Assembly: GCA_905233425.1 (NCBI GenBank)
Contig: CAJOEC010000002.1
Location: forward strand, 29,000 to 92,999
DNA: 64,000 nucleotides
From: an uncultured Prevotella sp.
Lineage (GTDB): Bacteria > Bacteroidota > Bacteroidia > Bacteroidales > Bacteroidaceae
Direction: 5' to 3'
Below the pieces are notes generated by a model. It saw nothing but the letters and a program-made list of their open reading frames with translations. It searched no databases and was not told the DNA's origin. Made by a program: the position numbers and the translations under genes. Shown piece by piece: positions 35,560-44,500 of the stretch. Numbering within the stretch: position 1 is the stretch's first letter; every line of letters begins with the position of its first letter.

Positions 35560-36147
35560 GTGAATATCAAGAGATTCATAGGGGTGGTCACTGCTACTTT
35601 CTTTGTGGCCTGGCTTCTGCTGGTGTTGCTGTCGTGGCTGTTGTCGGCCACGATGGTGCCCGGTGTCAGGTCGCTGCTCACGGGCGAAGGTCTCCGCTGG
35701 TTCTTCTCACATCTCGTTGACGGCATCGCCACGCCGATGCTCGTCTGGCTGCTCATGGCCGCCATGGCCGGAGGGTGTCTTGCACGCTGTGGCATATTCA
35801 ATTTCCAGTCCTCGACCCTCAACCTTCGGTCTCGTCCGTTGCGCCTCGCCCTTCTCTTGCTGCTTGCATATATCTTTCTCCTTTCTCTGCTCACCGCTGT
35901 TCCCCATGCCGCGCTCCTGTCAGCGACTGGCACGCTGAGCCATTCGCCGTTCAGCCGCGCCATAGTTCCACTGGCCGCCGCTGCCGTCGTGCTTTTCAGC
36001 GTGGCCTACGGGCTGGTTGCCCATGCCTTCGAGTCGCTGGCCGACATCACCGATGCCATGGTCTTCGGATTGGCCAAGGCAGCGCCATTGCTTTTCGTCT
36101 ACATCGCAGCAATGGTATTCCTCCGCACCCTGAACTACGTGTTCTGA
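35560..36147 (+). CDS. Hypothetical polytopic membrane protein
   Basis: Five to six hydrophobic helices. GTG start is uncertain. The segment SLLTGEGLRWFFSHLV faintly resembles AbgT-family N-termini. Confidence 0.4.
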   Translation: MNIKRFIGVVTATFFVAWLLLVLLSWLLSATMVPGVRSLLTGEGLRWFFSHLVDGIATPMLVWLLMAAMAGGCLARCGIFNFQSSTLNLRSRPLRLALLLLLAYIFLLSLLTAVPHAALLSATGTLSHSPFSRAIVPLAAAAVVLFSVAYGLVAHAFESLADITDAMVFGLAKAAPLLFVYIAAMVFLRTLNYVF

Positions 36148-36300
36148 GATTTATAATTGGCTCTACGAGATCCGTGTTGGCCATTATGACACAGTCTTGT
36201 GGTCGCTTTCGCACCAATACGGGGAATCATGGAGAATAGTACGGGAAAACAGGAAGAGAGGTTCGGCTTCCGAGGGAGTCAGCCCGTACACCCGCGGTTC

Positions 36301-36383
36301 ATAGCGCCCGCCAAAAACATTCACAGCGGCCGCTACGAATATTAATAGCGTCCGCCAAAAACATTCACAGCGGCCGCTACGAA
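36301..36383. repeat. Two 39-bp direct repeats (44-bp period), each carrying a 20-bp near-palindrome TTCacAGCGGCCGCTacGAA
   Basis: atagcgcccgccaaaaacattcacagcggccgctacgaa (36301-36339) and atagcgtccgccaaaaacattcacagcggccgctacgaa (36345-36383). A partial third copy starts near 36426. Confidence 0.8.
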
Positions 36384-36582
36384 CCAAATTTTCACCTACT
36401 TCACACCGTGGCCTCACACTACGCAATAGCGTGCAAACGCAAAAACTTGGTTATTTGACATTTCGCAAAGGATATTTGACATTATTTTGCCTGTAAGGCC
36501 GATTATCCCTAATTTTGCACAGCAAACAGCAATCTGTTGGTGAAAAAACGTGAAAACATTTGGTGGTGAGACAGGAAAGCAG

Positions 36583-36590
36583 TACTTTTG
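36583..36590 (+). promoter_or_regulatory. Candidate -7 box (TACTTTTG) for the antitoxin-PIN remnant gene
   Basis: Matches TAnnTTTG, 32 nt upstream of ATG 36622. A second box, TAATTTTG, lies at 36500-36507. Confidence 0.4.
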
Positions 36591-36621
36591 CCAATCAAAA
36601 GAGAACTGAAACAAAGGAACA

Positions 36622-37032
36622 ATGAGAACAACAGCAGTAAACATAAGCACATCACTTTATAACCACGTTTACCAGTATGCTCAAAGGCAGAACACAAGCG
36701 TGGACAGAATACTGGAGGCGTTTATCCTAACGCTACCAAATTATGAAGCAAAAGAGAAAAAACTAAAGCGTCCTACTGAGTATTCGCCCGAACTTCTGAA
36801 GTTGGTAGGAGCCGTGAAAGGAGACTATCAGCAGGATGACCTGAACGGCGACGAAGCCCGATGGGATTATCTGAAGGAGAAATATAATCTAGATTTTGAA
36901 GATATGCTGCAATATGAGTCTGCAAATGCCGCTAATTGTGATGTCATCATTACCAGAAACGGAAAGCATTTTCCTCAAGACAATATACAAATCATGACAC
37001 CAACAGAATTCTTGGAACAATATACAGAATAA
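36622..37032 (+). CDS. Antitoxin-like (DUF6364/RHH-type) N-terminus fused to the C-terminal ~45 aa of a PIN-domain toxin (decayed TA locus)
   Basis: The N-terminal part ends in ..RWDYLKEKYNL, like small Bacteroidetes antitoxins. The remainder, DFEDMLQYESANAANCDVIITRNGKHFPQDNIQIMTPTEFL, is the typical C-terminal strand-helix of VapC-type PIN proteins but lacks the N-terminal acidic residues. Confidence 0.5.
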   Translation: MRTTAVNISTSLYNHVYQYAQRQNTSVDRILEAFILTLPNYEAKEKKLKRPTEYSPELLKLVGAVKGDYQQDDLNGDEARWDYLKEKYNLDFEDMLQYESANAANCDVIITRNGKHFPQDNIQIMTPTEFLEQYTE

Positions 37033-37040
37033 ACAATAAG

Positions 37041-37143
37041 TATTTTTATTACTAACTAAACAAAAAAACAATGAAAAAAACAAAACTCTTCAAGTCGCTC
37101 CTCGTAGCAGCTGGGCTGTGCGTGGGGGCAAGTGCGTGGGCAG
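37041..37143 (+). repeat. Direct repeat copy 1 (leader plus signal-peptide codons of the T9SS cargo gene)
   Basis: About 103 bp, near-identical to 37878-37980 (one mismatch in the coding part, small A-run differences upstream). Confidence 0.9.
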
Positions 37144-37160
37144 AAGAGGGAAAACAATAA
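37071..37160 (+). pseudogene. Orphan duplicated 5' end (signal peptide only, 29 codons) of the downstream T9SS cargo gene
   Basis: MKKTKLFKSLLVAAGLCVGASAWA is identical to residues 1-24 of the 37908 gene. It then diverges (EEGKQ) and stops. Confidence 0.8.
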
Positions 37161-37175
37161 GAAATCCGAACGATT

Positions 37176-37439
37176 ATGTTGATAGATGACTACAATTATT
37201 TCGACCAGCACCGCAAGGAACTGGCGACGGCCTATCCCGACAAATGGCTTCTCATCAAAGACCAGAAGGTGCTCTTTGCCGTGGACACGCTCCTGCAAGC
37301 TCTGGACACCACCTACAAGAACGGCATGAAGGAGGGTGACTGTCTCACCACATTCTGCCGGAAGGACGGGAAGAAAGAAATCATAAGAATAGGACGGGCA
37401 CACATTTCACCAAGCAGCTATGCAGACAGAAGAGCCTAA
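37176..37439 (+). CDS. Small DUF5678-like protein (putative partner of the adjacent protease)
   Basis: 87 aa. The segment ..HRKELATAYPDKWLLIKDQKVLFAVDTLLQAL.. resembles the DUF5678 pattern (recall only). It overlaps the next gene by 20 nt. Confidence 0.4.
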   Translation: MLIDDYNYFDQHRKELATAYPDKWLLIKDQKVLFAVDTLLQALDTTYKNGMKEGDCLTTFCRKDGKKEIIRIGRAHISPSSYADRRA

Positions 37440-37854
37440 GGCATTCACTAAATCGTACCCCGGCTATGTTGATGAACTCTATAAAGAGTGCAGCGTCTAT
37501 AACTACCGGGGGCGCAAGGCCGACTATCTCGCTTTTTGGGATACAGGAGCAAGCAATTCGCTAATCACTAAGAAGGTGGCGGAAGACTTGCAGCCCGCCG
37601 TGTCAGAATTTGCTGAGTTGTATCATGCAGGAGGCAGCAACTTGTCGAACTGCTATAACGTGTTCATCGAACTGCCTAACGAGATACTGATAGGGCCGCT
37701 GAAGGTCATAGAAGGGCAAATCGAGGGTTCCGACGTTCTGATAGGCATGGACATCATTGGCAGTGGAGACTTAATGATAACAAACAACGACGAACATACA
37801 GAATTAGCGTTCTCCATCCCATCAAGCCTGAAAGTAAAAGATATATTCAAATAG
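37420..37854 (+). CDS. Retropepsin-like (clan AA) single-domain aspartic protease
   Basis: Active-site motif FWDTGASNSLI and the downstream flap/dimer motif DVLIGMDIIG. At 144 aa it matches homodimeric bacterial retropepsin-like proteins. Confidence 0.7.
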   Translation: MQTEEPKAFTKSYPGYVDELYKECSVYNYRGRKADYLAFWDTGASNSLITKKVAEDLQPAVSEFAELYHAGGSNLSNCYNVFIELPNEILIGPLKVIEGQIEGSDVLIGMDIIGSGDLMITNNDEHTELAFSIPSSLKVKDIFK

Positions 37855-37877
37855 CAAAAAAATTAGCAAAATAATTC

Positions 37878-37980
37878 TATTTATTAACTAACTAAACAAA
37901 AAAAACAATGAAAAAAACAAAACTATTCAAGTCGCTCCTCGTAGCAGCTGGGCTGTGCGTGGGGGCAAGTGCGTGGGCAG
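37878..37980 (+). repeat. Direct repeat copy 2 (native 5' end of the T9SS cargo gene)
   Basis: See copy 1. The period is 837 bp. Confidence 0.9.
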
Positions 37981-40382
37981 CAGGCTACACCCGGACATTA
38001 ACGGCTTCCTTAGAAGTCTCTGGCTACAAGAATGGTACACTCTATGATTTCCAAAACAACAATCCAGAGGTTCTTCCTACCAGCGGTGATTTACGTTATC
38101 GTGCATACGAGAATGGAGGTTATTGGGGGCTTCACAACTTTGGTGGTGGGGCTCGTTCTGCTACAGTGTCTATTGCCGTTTCCACAGGAAATCTTCTAGT
38201 TCTACAAGACTACAGCAGTACTTATCCTACTACTGTTAATGTAGGAACTCTGGACGAGGCTCTGTCGTCATCCACAGGCTATCGTTGCTTTAATATTACA
38301 TCAGATGTCACAACGATTACTTTGAGTTGTCCTCGTTATGGTGGCGTTGTTGCCGCTCTCTTAATGGAGAAGGACGCTTCCGTTGAAACTGCTGATTATA
38401 CTATTAATTACGTTTGTAACAGCGAAACTGTTAAGACAACCACAGGTAATACTACCGTTGGCAGCAGTGTTAATACTGAGGCTTCGTTCTTTGCAAACGG
38501 TGTGAAATATATTCGTGATAATGGTGAAGCAGAAAGTGTTACCATTGCAGCTACAGGCAACACCTTCACTGTGAATGTACATCAGGCTCCAAAGTATACC
38601 TATACACTTAATGCTGTTGATGGTGACAATAACTTACTCAAAGTGCTGGGTACTGGCGAGCAGTATGAAGGAGAAAATGCTACGGTTTATTTCAATAAGG
38701 CATTCTTCTTAAATGGTAAATGGTATATTACTGATGCTGTAGGTAACTGGGTATTCCACAAGGATTATACTTCTGCAGACATAGTGTTTACAGAAGATGC
38801 TAGCATCTCCTATTTCATTGAGGTAGAGGATATTAATACGTCTCATAGTTGGGCAGCAACAGGTGACTATGCTAATCTTTATTCTAATGGTAAGGTTGGA
38901 CGTCTGTATAAAGATTCTTACGCATATACCGATGCTTTGGAAGGTGGCATTTACACTGTGACCCTTTGGGGGCGTAACCATGCAGGCTCTACAACAGCAA
39001 ACGTAGCAGTTTATGTACGTGATTCTGAGGGCAACGAGACAAAGTGCCATAATCAGTTTGAGGAATGGGGCAATGGTGCCCAGGGAGCAAAGTCCATCAT
39101 GATTGAGATTCCCGATGGCTACAGCCTTGAGCTCAAGAACGAGAACGCTGATTACAACAGCAATTTGGAGATGGACTACCTCATCCTGCGTAAGAGCGGC
39201 ATCAATACTATGTCTATTGTTGGATTTACTCCTGAAAGTGGCCTGAACGACGCTGACAAGTGGAATCCTGCCAATGGCATCGCCATGACACGTGACGCAG
39301 ATGATCCTTCAGTTTGGACGGCTGTTGTTGAGAACTACATTATCAGGGGAAGTGGCTCTGAACTGAAATACTATTACAAGGCAGCCGCTAACGGTACTTT
39401 TGATGGTTATCAGCTTCCTGCTTCTGGCAATCAAAACTTTGATTTTAACTATAGTGAGGCTGGAGAAGGCAAGTATAAACTGACTTTCACTGCTAATACA
39501 TTCACAAACGAAGTAAGTTTGGCTATTGAGAAGCAGATTACTGGCACTATTTATTATGTAAACACTTGGGATTGGTCAACCGTTTCTGCTTGGGTATGGA
39601 ATGACTCTAAGAATTTCACAGGTGGTAATTGGCCTGGGCAAGGCATGACTAAGACCGAGGATCAAATAGACGGACACGATGTTTACGTTTGGAGCACATA
39701 CGATATTGACACTCCAACTTCTGTCATCTTTAATGATGGTAGCAGCAATAACCAAACTGGTACTTTGACTTACGAGAACGGTGCTACCTACGGCTATTAT
39801 GGCGCATCCACCGTCTCCAAAACCATTACCGCTGCTGGATACGCCACTTATTGTAGTGAAAATGCTCTTGATTTCACTGGCACAGGGCTGACCGCTTACA
39901 TCGCCAAAAAGGATGAGCAGAATGCTTCGAAGATAATCTTTGTGTCTGTTACAAAGGTTCCTGCCAATACAGGTTTACTTCTGAAGGGTGATGCAGGTAA
40001 TCACACCATTAACACAACTACAAGTAACGAACTTGATGATGTTACAAATAATGTCCTCAAGGGTGTGACCAAGGCAGAGAGTAAAGAGGCTGGCATCTTC
40101 GTCCTGATGAACGGTTCTAAGGGCGTTGGTTTCTACATGACCACAAAGACCTTTACCGTGGGTGCCAATACTGCTTACATTCCCTCTTTGAACGAACTGG
40201 CTGGTGGTGGCGGCGAGGTCCGCTTCATCGGCTTCAACTTTGACGGCGAGACCACTGGTGTTGATGGTATTGCCACAGTTCAGCAGAACAATGGCGAGGT
40301 TTACAACCTGCAGGGCCAGCGTGTCAGCGCAGCCAAGAAGGGACTCTACATCATCAATGGCAAGAAAGTCCTTGTGAAGTAA
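37908..40382 (+). CDS. T9SS-secreted surface protein with CBM-like module
   Basis: Signal peptide. The C-terminus ..GEVYNLQGQRVSAAKKGLYIINGKKVLVK fits the T9SS type A sorting-domain pattern. YYVNTWDWSTVSAWVWND..GGNWPGQGMT resembles starch/glycan-binding modules. Confidence 0.7.
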   Translation: MKKTKLFKSLLVAAGLCVGASAWAAGYTRTLTASLEVSGYKNGTLYDFQNNNPEVLPTSGDLRYRAYENGGYWGLHNFGGGARSATVSIAVSTGNLLVLQDYSSTYPTTVNVGTLDEALSSSTGYRCFNITSDVTTITLSCPRYGGVVAALLMEKDASVETADYTINYVCNSETVKTTTGNTTVGSSVNTEASFFANGVKYIRDNGEAESVTIAATGNTFTVNVHQAPKYTYTLNAVDGDNNLLKVLGTGEQYEGENATVYFNKAFFLNGKWYITDAVGNWVFHKDYTSADIVFTEDASISYFIEVEDINTSHSWAATGDYANLYSNGKVGRLYKDSYAYTDALEGGIYTVTLWGRNHAGSTTANVAVYVRDSEGNETKCHNQFEEWGNGAQGAKSIMIEIPDGYSLELKNENADYNSNLEMDYLILRKSGINTMSIVGFTPESGLNDADKWNPANGIAMTRDADDPSVWTAVVENYIIRGSGSELKYYYKAAANGTFDGYQLPASGNQNFDFNYSEAGEGKYKLTFTANTFTNEVSLAIEKQITGTIYYVNTWDWSTVSAWVWNDSKNFTGGNWPGQGMTKTEDQIDGHDVYVWSTYDIDTPTSVIFNDGSSNNQTGTLTYENGATYGYYGASTVSKTITAAGYATYCSENALDFTGTGLTAYIAKKDEQNASKIIFVSVTKVPANTGLLLKGDAGNHTINTTTSNELDDVTNNVLKGVTKAESKEAGIFVLMNGSKGVGFYMTTKTFTVGANTAYIPSLNELAGGGGEVRFIGFNFDGETTGVDGIATVQQNNGEVYNLQGQRVSAAKKGLYIINGKKVLVK

Positions 40383-40430
40383 AAGGGTAAGTAATAATGA
40401 ATGTTTAAAAACCAAAAAGAAAACAGAAAA

Positions 40431-40616
40431 ATGAAAAAGACATATCAAACACCCGAGACGCTGCTGACTGCTGTCGAGCTTCAGCAGATGATAGCTATCA
40501 GTGGCAACGGCTATGGCCAGCCCGAACTGGGTCAGGACCTTGACAAAGTCGAGGATACCCAAGCCTCCGATGGCAACCTCTCCCGCCGTCGTTCCGTTTG
40601 GGACGATGAGGATTAA
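40431..40616 (+). CDS. Small hypothetical protein (61 aa), acidic C-terminus
   Basis: MKKTYQTPETLLTAVELQQMIAISG.. starts 49 nt after the cargo gene and is followed by a clean terminator. There is no hydrophobic signal core. Confidence 0.35.
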   Translation: MKKTYQTPETLLTAVELQQMIAISGNGYGQPELGQDLDKVEDTQASDGNLSRRRSVWDDED

Positions 40617-40646
40617 TCTTGTCGATATTGACACTGTGAAAAGAAT

Positions 40647-40677
40647 GGCCGGTTCCGTGTTGGAGCCGGCCTTTCTT
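40647..40677 (+). terminator. Intrinsic terminator
   Basis: Stem ggccggttcc (40647-40656) / ggagccggcc (40662-40671) followed by tttctt. Confidence 0.7.
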
Positions 40678-40782
40678 GTGCAAAAGCGGGTGTTTTGTGT
40701 TACAAAGCAAATGATTTGCGTGAAAAATCATCATTTTTAGGTAAAAAATTTGGTGGTATGGCTTTTTCTTCTTACCTTTGCA

Positions 40783-40790
40783 AAGGTATA
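40783..40790 (+). promoter_or_regulatory. Candidate -7 box (TACCTTTG) for rubrerythrin
   Basis: Matches TAnnTTTG, 75 nt upstream of ATG 40865. Confidence 0.4.
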
Positions 40791-40864
40791 GGACAAGCAT
40801 GAACTGTGAATCCATACATTTAAAGAATATTAGTACTAACAAAAAAACGAAGAATCAAAACGAA

Positions 40865-41425
40865 ATGAAGAAGAAATTTATCTGCGCCGTTTGTGGATAT
40901 ATCTACGAAGGCGATGTTGCTCCTGAGAAGTGCCCCATCTGTAAGGCTCCTGCCTCGAAGTTCTCTGAACTGAAAGATGAGGGTGAGACCACCTACGCCA
41001 CCGTCCACCGCATCGGCGACGGCAAGCCCGAGGGTGTTAGCGAGGAGATGATCCAGGACTTGCGCAACCACTTCAACGGTGAGTGCAGCGAGGTGGGCAT
41101 GTACCTTGCCATGGCCCGCCAGGCCGACCGCGAGGGCTATCCCGAGATTGCCGAGGCTTTCAAGCGCTACGCCTTCGAGGAGGCCGACCATGCCAGCCGT
41201 TTCGCCGAGCTGCTCGGCGAGTGTGTTTGGGACGACACTAAGACCAACTTGGAGAAGCGCGCCGCCGCCGAGGCCGGTGCCTGCGAGGACAAGTTCCGCA
41301 TTGCCAAGAACGCCAAGGCCGCCGGTTTCGACGCCATCCACGACACCGTCCACGAGATGGCAAAGGACGAGGCACGCCACGGTGCCGGCTTTGCCGGGCT
41401 GCTGAAGCGCTATTTCGGAAAGTAA
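40865..41425 (+). CDS. rbr: Reverse rubrerythrin (N-terminal rubredoxin-like domain plus diiron ferritin-like domain)
   Basis: [17 protein letters not shown] precedes a four-helix domain with ExxH motifs ([19 protein letters not shown]). ATG 40865 was chosen over the 29-codon extension in the track. Confidence 0.88.
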   Translation: MKKKFICAVCGYIYEGDVAPEKCPICKAPASKFSELKDEGETTYATVHRIGDGKPEGVSEEMIQDLRNHFNGECSEVGMYLAMARQADREGYPEIAEAFKRYAFEEADHASRFAELLGECVWDDTKTNLEKRAAAEAGACEDKFRIAKNAKAAGFDAIHDTVHEMAKDEARHGAGFAGLLKRYFGK

Positions 41426-41451
41426 GAGGTCGGCAAGTCCGATTCTGGTTC

Positions 41452-41487
41452 ACAGCGTCCGCCGCAATCGTTTGCGACGGACGCTGT
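41452..41487 (+). terminator. Intrinsic terminator after rubrerythrin
   Basis: A 16-bp stem acagcgtccgccgcaa / ttgcgacggacgctgt (one mismatch), followed by a T-rich tract. Confidence 0.65.
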
Positions 41488-41584
41488 AGTTATTTGCAAC
41501 TTTGAGTAAAAAAAACTTAAAATCGAAGCGTGTTTCAAAATTATTTTGTAACTTTCGGGCCTGAAACGAAAACCGTACACTGAA

Positions 41585-44500
41585 ATGATGAAGAACAAAT
41601 TCAAGTTCCTGATTGTAACAGCTTTTCTACTAACGACATACGTTGGCGCATACGCACAGCAGATTCAGGCCAAACTGTCACACTACTCAACCGACGACGG
41701 ACTGGCCAGCAACGCCATAGCCAAGATGCGGCAGGACGACTGGGGCTACATCTGGTTGGCCACGTGGAACGGCCTGTCGCGCTTCGACGGATACAATTTC
41801 TATAATTACCGCACTGGCACACTCAGCCACGTACCTAATCTGCACAACCGCGTAGAGCAGATTGCCGTGGACAACCAGCAGAACATTTGGATGCGCATGT
41901 ACGACAAGCGCATCTTCGTCATGAAGCGTTCTGCCGACAAAATCATCAACCCCTTTGCCAGCATCAAGGGCAACGAGGAGTTCCGCACGAACCGTTCCAT
42001 TTTCGTCACAAGTGGTGGCGACGTCCTTGTGCCCATAGTCGACAAGGGCATTTACAAGATGCGCATGGAGAACGACGGAGTGGACTGCAAACTGGTGACT
42101 ACCGGCGGAATGGAGGTCACGTCGATGGCCGAGGGCTACCAGAACGACATCTGGCTTGGCACCAACACCGGCATACACCGTATGGACGCCAGCAACATGA
42201 CCGTTGAGCGAAAGGGCTTGTTCCTCGACGAGTATATCGAGTGCCTCTATTCCAACGGCTACAACATCTTCGCCGGCACAAGGTCGGGAAAGATTGTGTC
42301 CTTCGCCTATGGGCAGGACCCTGTGGTGATACGCACTGGCGGCAACCAGGTGGAGACAATCTTCGTGGACAGCCACGGACTGATATGGTTTGCCGACAGC
42401 GAGAACGGAGTGCTGAAGTACGACCCGGAGACGAAGCAGGAACGGCGCTACACCCAGACGCTGAAGACCATCAACTACGACGGCTACGGAGGTGAGTTCA
42501 ACGAGGTGAACGGCACGGTGTGGATGCACATGAACCATGGAGGCTACGGCTACTACAACCGTGAGAAAGACGAGGTGGAGTATTTCCATAACGACCCCAG
42601 CAACCCGTGGAACCTGTCGAACATCTGCAACGCATCGTTGGAGAGTGCCGACGGAGTGGTGTTCGAGTCGACAAGCAACCGAGGGCTGGAGAAACTGGAG
42701 ATAATGAAGAACACCATTGAGCGCAAACTGCTGGTACACGACACCACGGTGCCCTACGACAATGACATTCGTGCCCTCTACTACGATGCCAAGCACAGGA
42801 TCCTGTTCATGGCAAACAAGAGCGGGACGCTCTTCCTCACCTACGAGGACAGCACGCGCACGGCCATCACCCAAAGCGACGACGGGACGAGGCTGAAACG
42901 TGTCTACGGCATTTCAAAGGACTCGAAGGACAACATCTGGCTGGCATCAAAAGACAAAGGCGTGTTCCGCATGACGCCAAGGGCCACGGGAGGATGGACG
43001 ATAGTGAACTACGCGCACGACGACAACGACCCGATGTCGCTCAACGACAACCATGCCTACCAGACGGTGGAAGACAAAGACGGCAACATCTGGGTAGCGA
43101 CATACGGCGGCGGTGTGAACCTGATACCACGGGGGACATCGAAATTCATCAACTGCAACAACGAGATGAAAGACTATCCCCTCAACTCCTACCGCAAGGT
43201 GCGCACATTGGCTGTCGACCACGACGGAAAGGTCTGGGCTGGCACCACCGACGGCATTCTCCTGCTGGAATACAAAGGGGGGAATGTGACTATCGAGAAG
43301 CTCGAACAGTCGGAGGAATATCCTGAGAGTATCCTCTACTCCAACGACATCGTGTGTCTGGCATGTGACAACAACGGCATGATGTGGGTGGGCACCAACG
43401 GCGGCGGACTGGGTCATACCACAGGCAAGGACGAACAGGGACGCTGGCTGTTCGAGACCTTCGGCTCACACGACGGTCTGCCTTCGGAGGAGATACTCAG
43501 CCTGGCATTCGACATGAGGGGCAACGTGTGGTTCTCAACCGAGCATGTGCTCTGCTCTTTCAACAGGGAGAAGCGCATCTTCACGTCGTTCTCCACATTA
43601 GAGGGTGTCGACGAGACGATGATTTCCGAGGGGGCCGCCCTGGTGCTGCCAAACGGCAACATACTCTTCGGAACGACAAATGGATACTACGTCGTAGACC
43701 GCGACAAACTTATGAGCAACAACGCCGCGATGTACAAGCTGAGATTCACCGATTTCTGGGTCGACGGCGAGCTGCAAAGCCCCAACCTCACCAACCTCTA
43801 CGACTATTACGTGCCCGACTCGAAGCACGTTGAGCTGCCGTCGCACCTCTCGTCGTTTGCCATACGCTTCGTGTCGCTCAACTACCAGTTGCAGCATCGC
43901 GTCCACTACCAGTATATGCTTGAAGGCTACGACCCCGAATGGGTGAATGCCGACAAGACCCGCACGGCATCCTACGAGAACGTGCCCTCAGGGACATACA
44001 AGTTTGTCGTGAAGGCCTTCCTGCTTGAGTCGCCCGAGAAATACGACATCAAGGAGTTGGAAATCATTGTCCCGCCAATGTTCTTCTTCTCCTCCGGCGC
44101 TATATGGCTCTACATGCTGTTGGTTGCCGGAATAGGCCTTGGACTGCTGTTCTGGAGGCAGAAGCTCATGCGTGAGAAAATGAGGAGGATGAAGGTGAAT
44201 ACCGTGGTTCAGACCGACAACGGCGACTTGGACATGACGCAGAACATATTCCTCGTACAGTTGGAGGCGTGGTTGGAGAACCACTATAGCGAGCATCAGA
44301 TGACCTTCGACGCGTTCCTGCTGAACCAGGGCATGAGCCGTGCCGACTTTGAGGACGAACTGCGAAGCGCGACGAAGAAGACGCCACGCGAGTTCCTCAA
44401 CGACTACCGTTTGGAAAAAGCGAAGAAAATGCTGGAACAGACCACCGACAACGTGGCCGACATTTCCTTCAACTCAGGCTTCAGCGACCCCGTGCAGTTC

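Noticed and set aside
34331-35963. Minus-strand ORFs of 268 and 351 aa across the kinase 3' end, the response regulator and the membrane protein
   Set aside because: They overlap three co-oriented plus-strand genes with recognisable domains and span an obviously non-coding A/T hairpin region.
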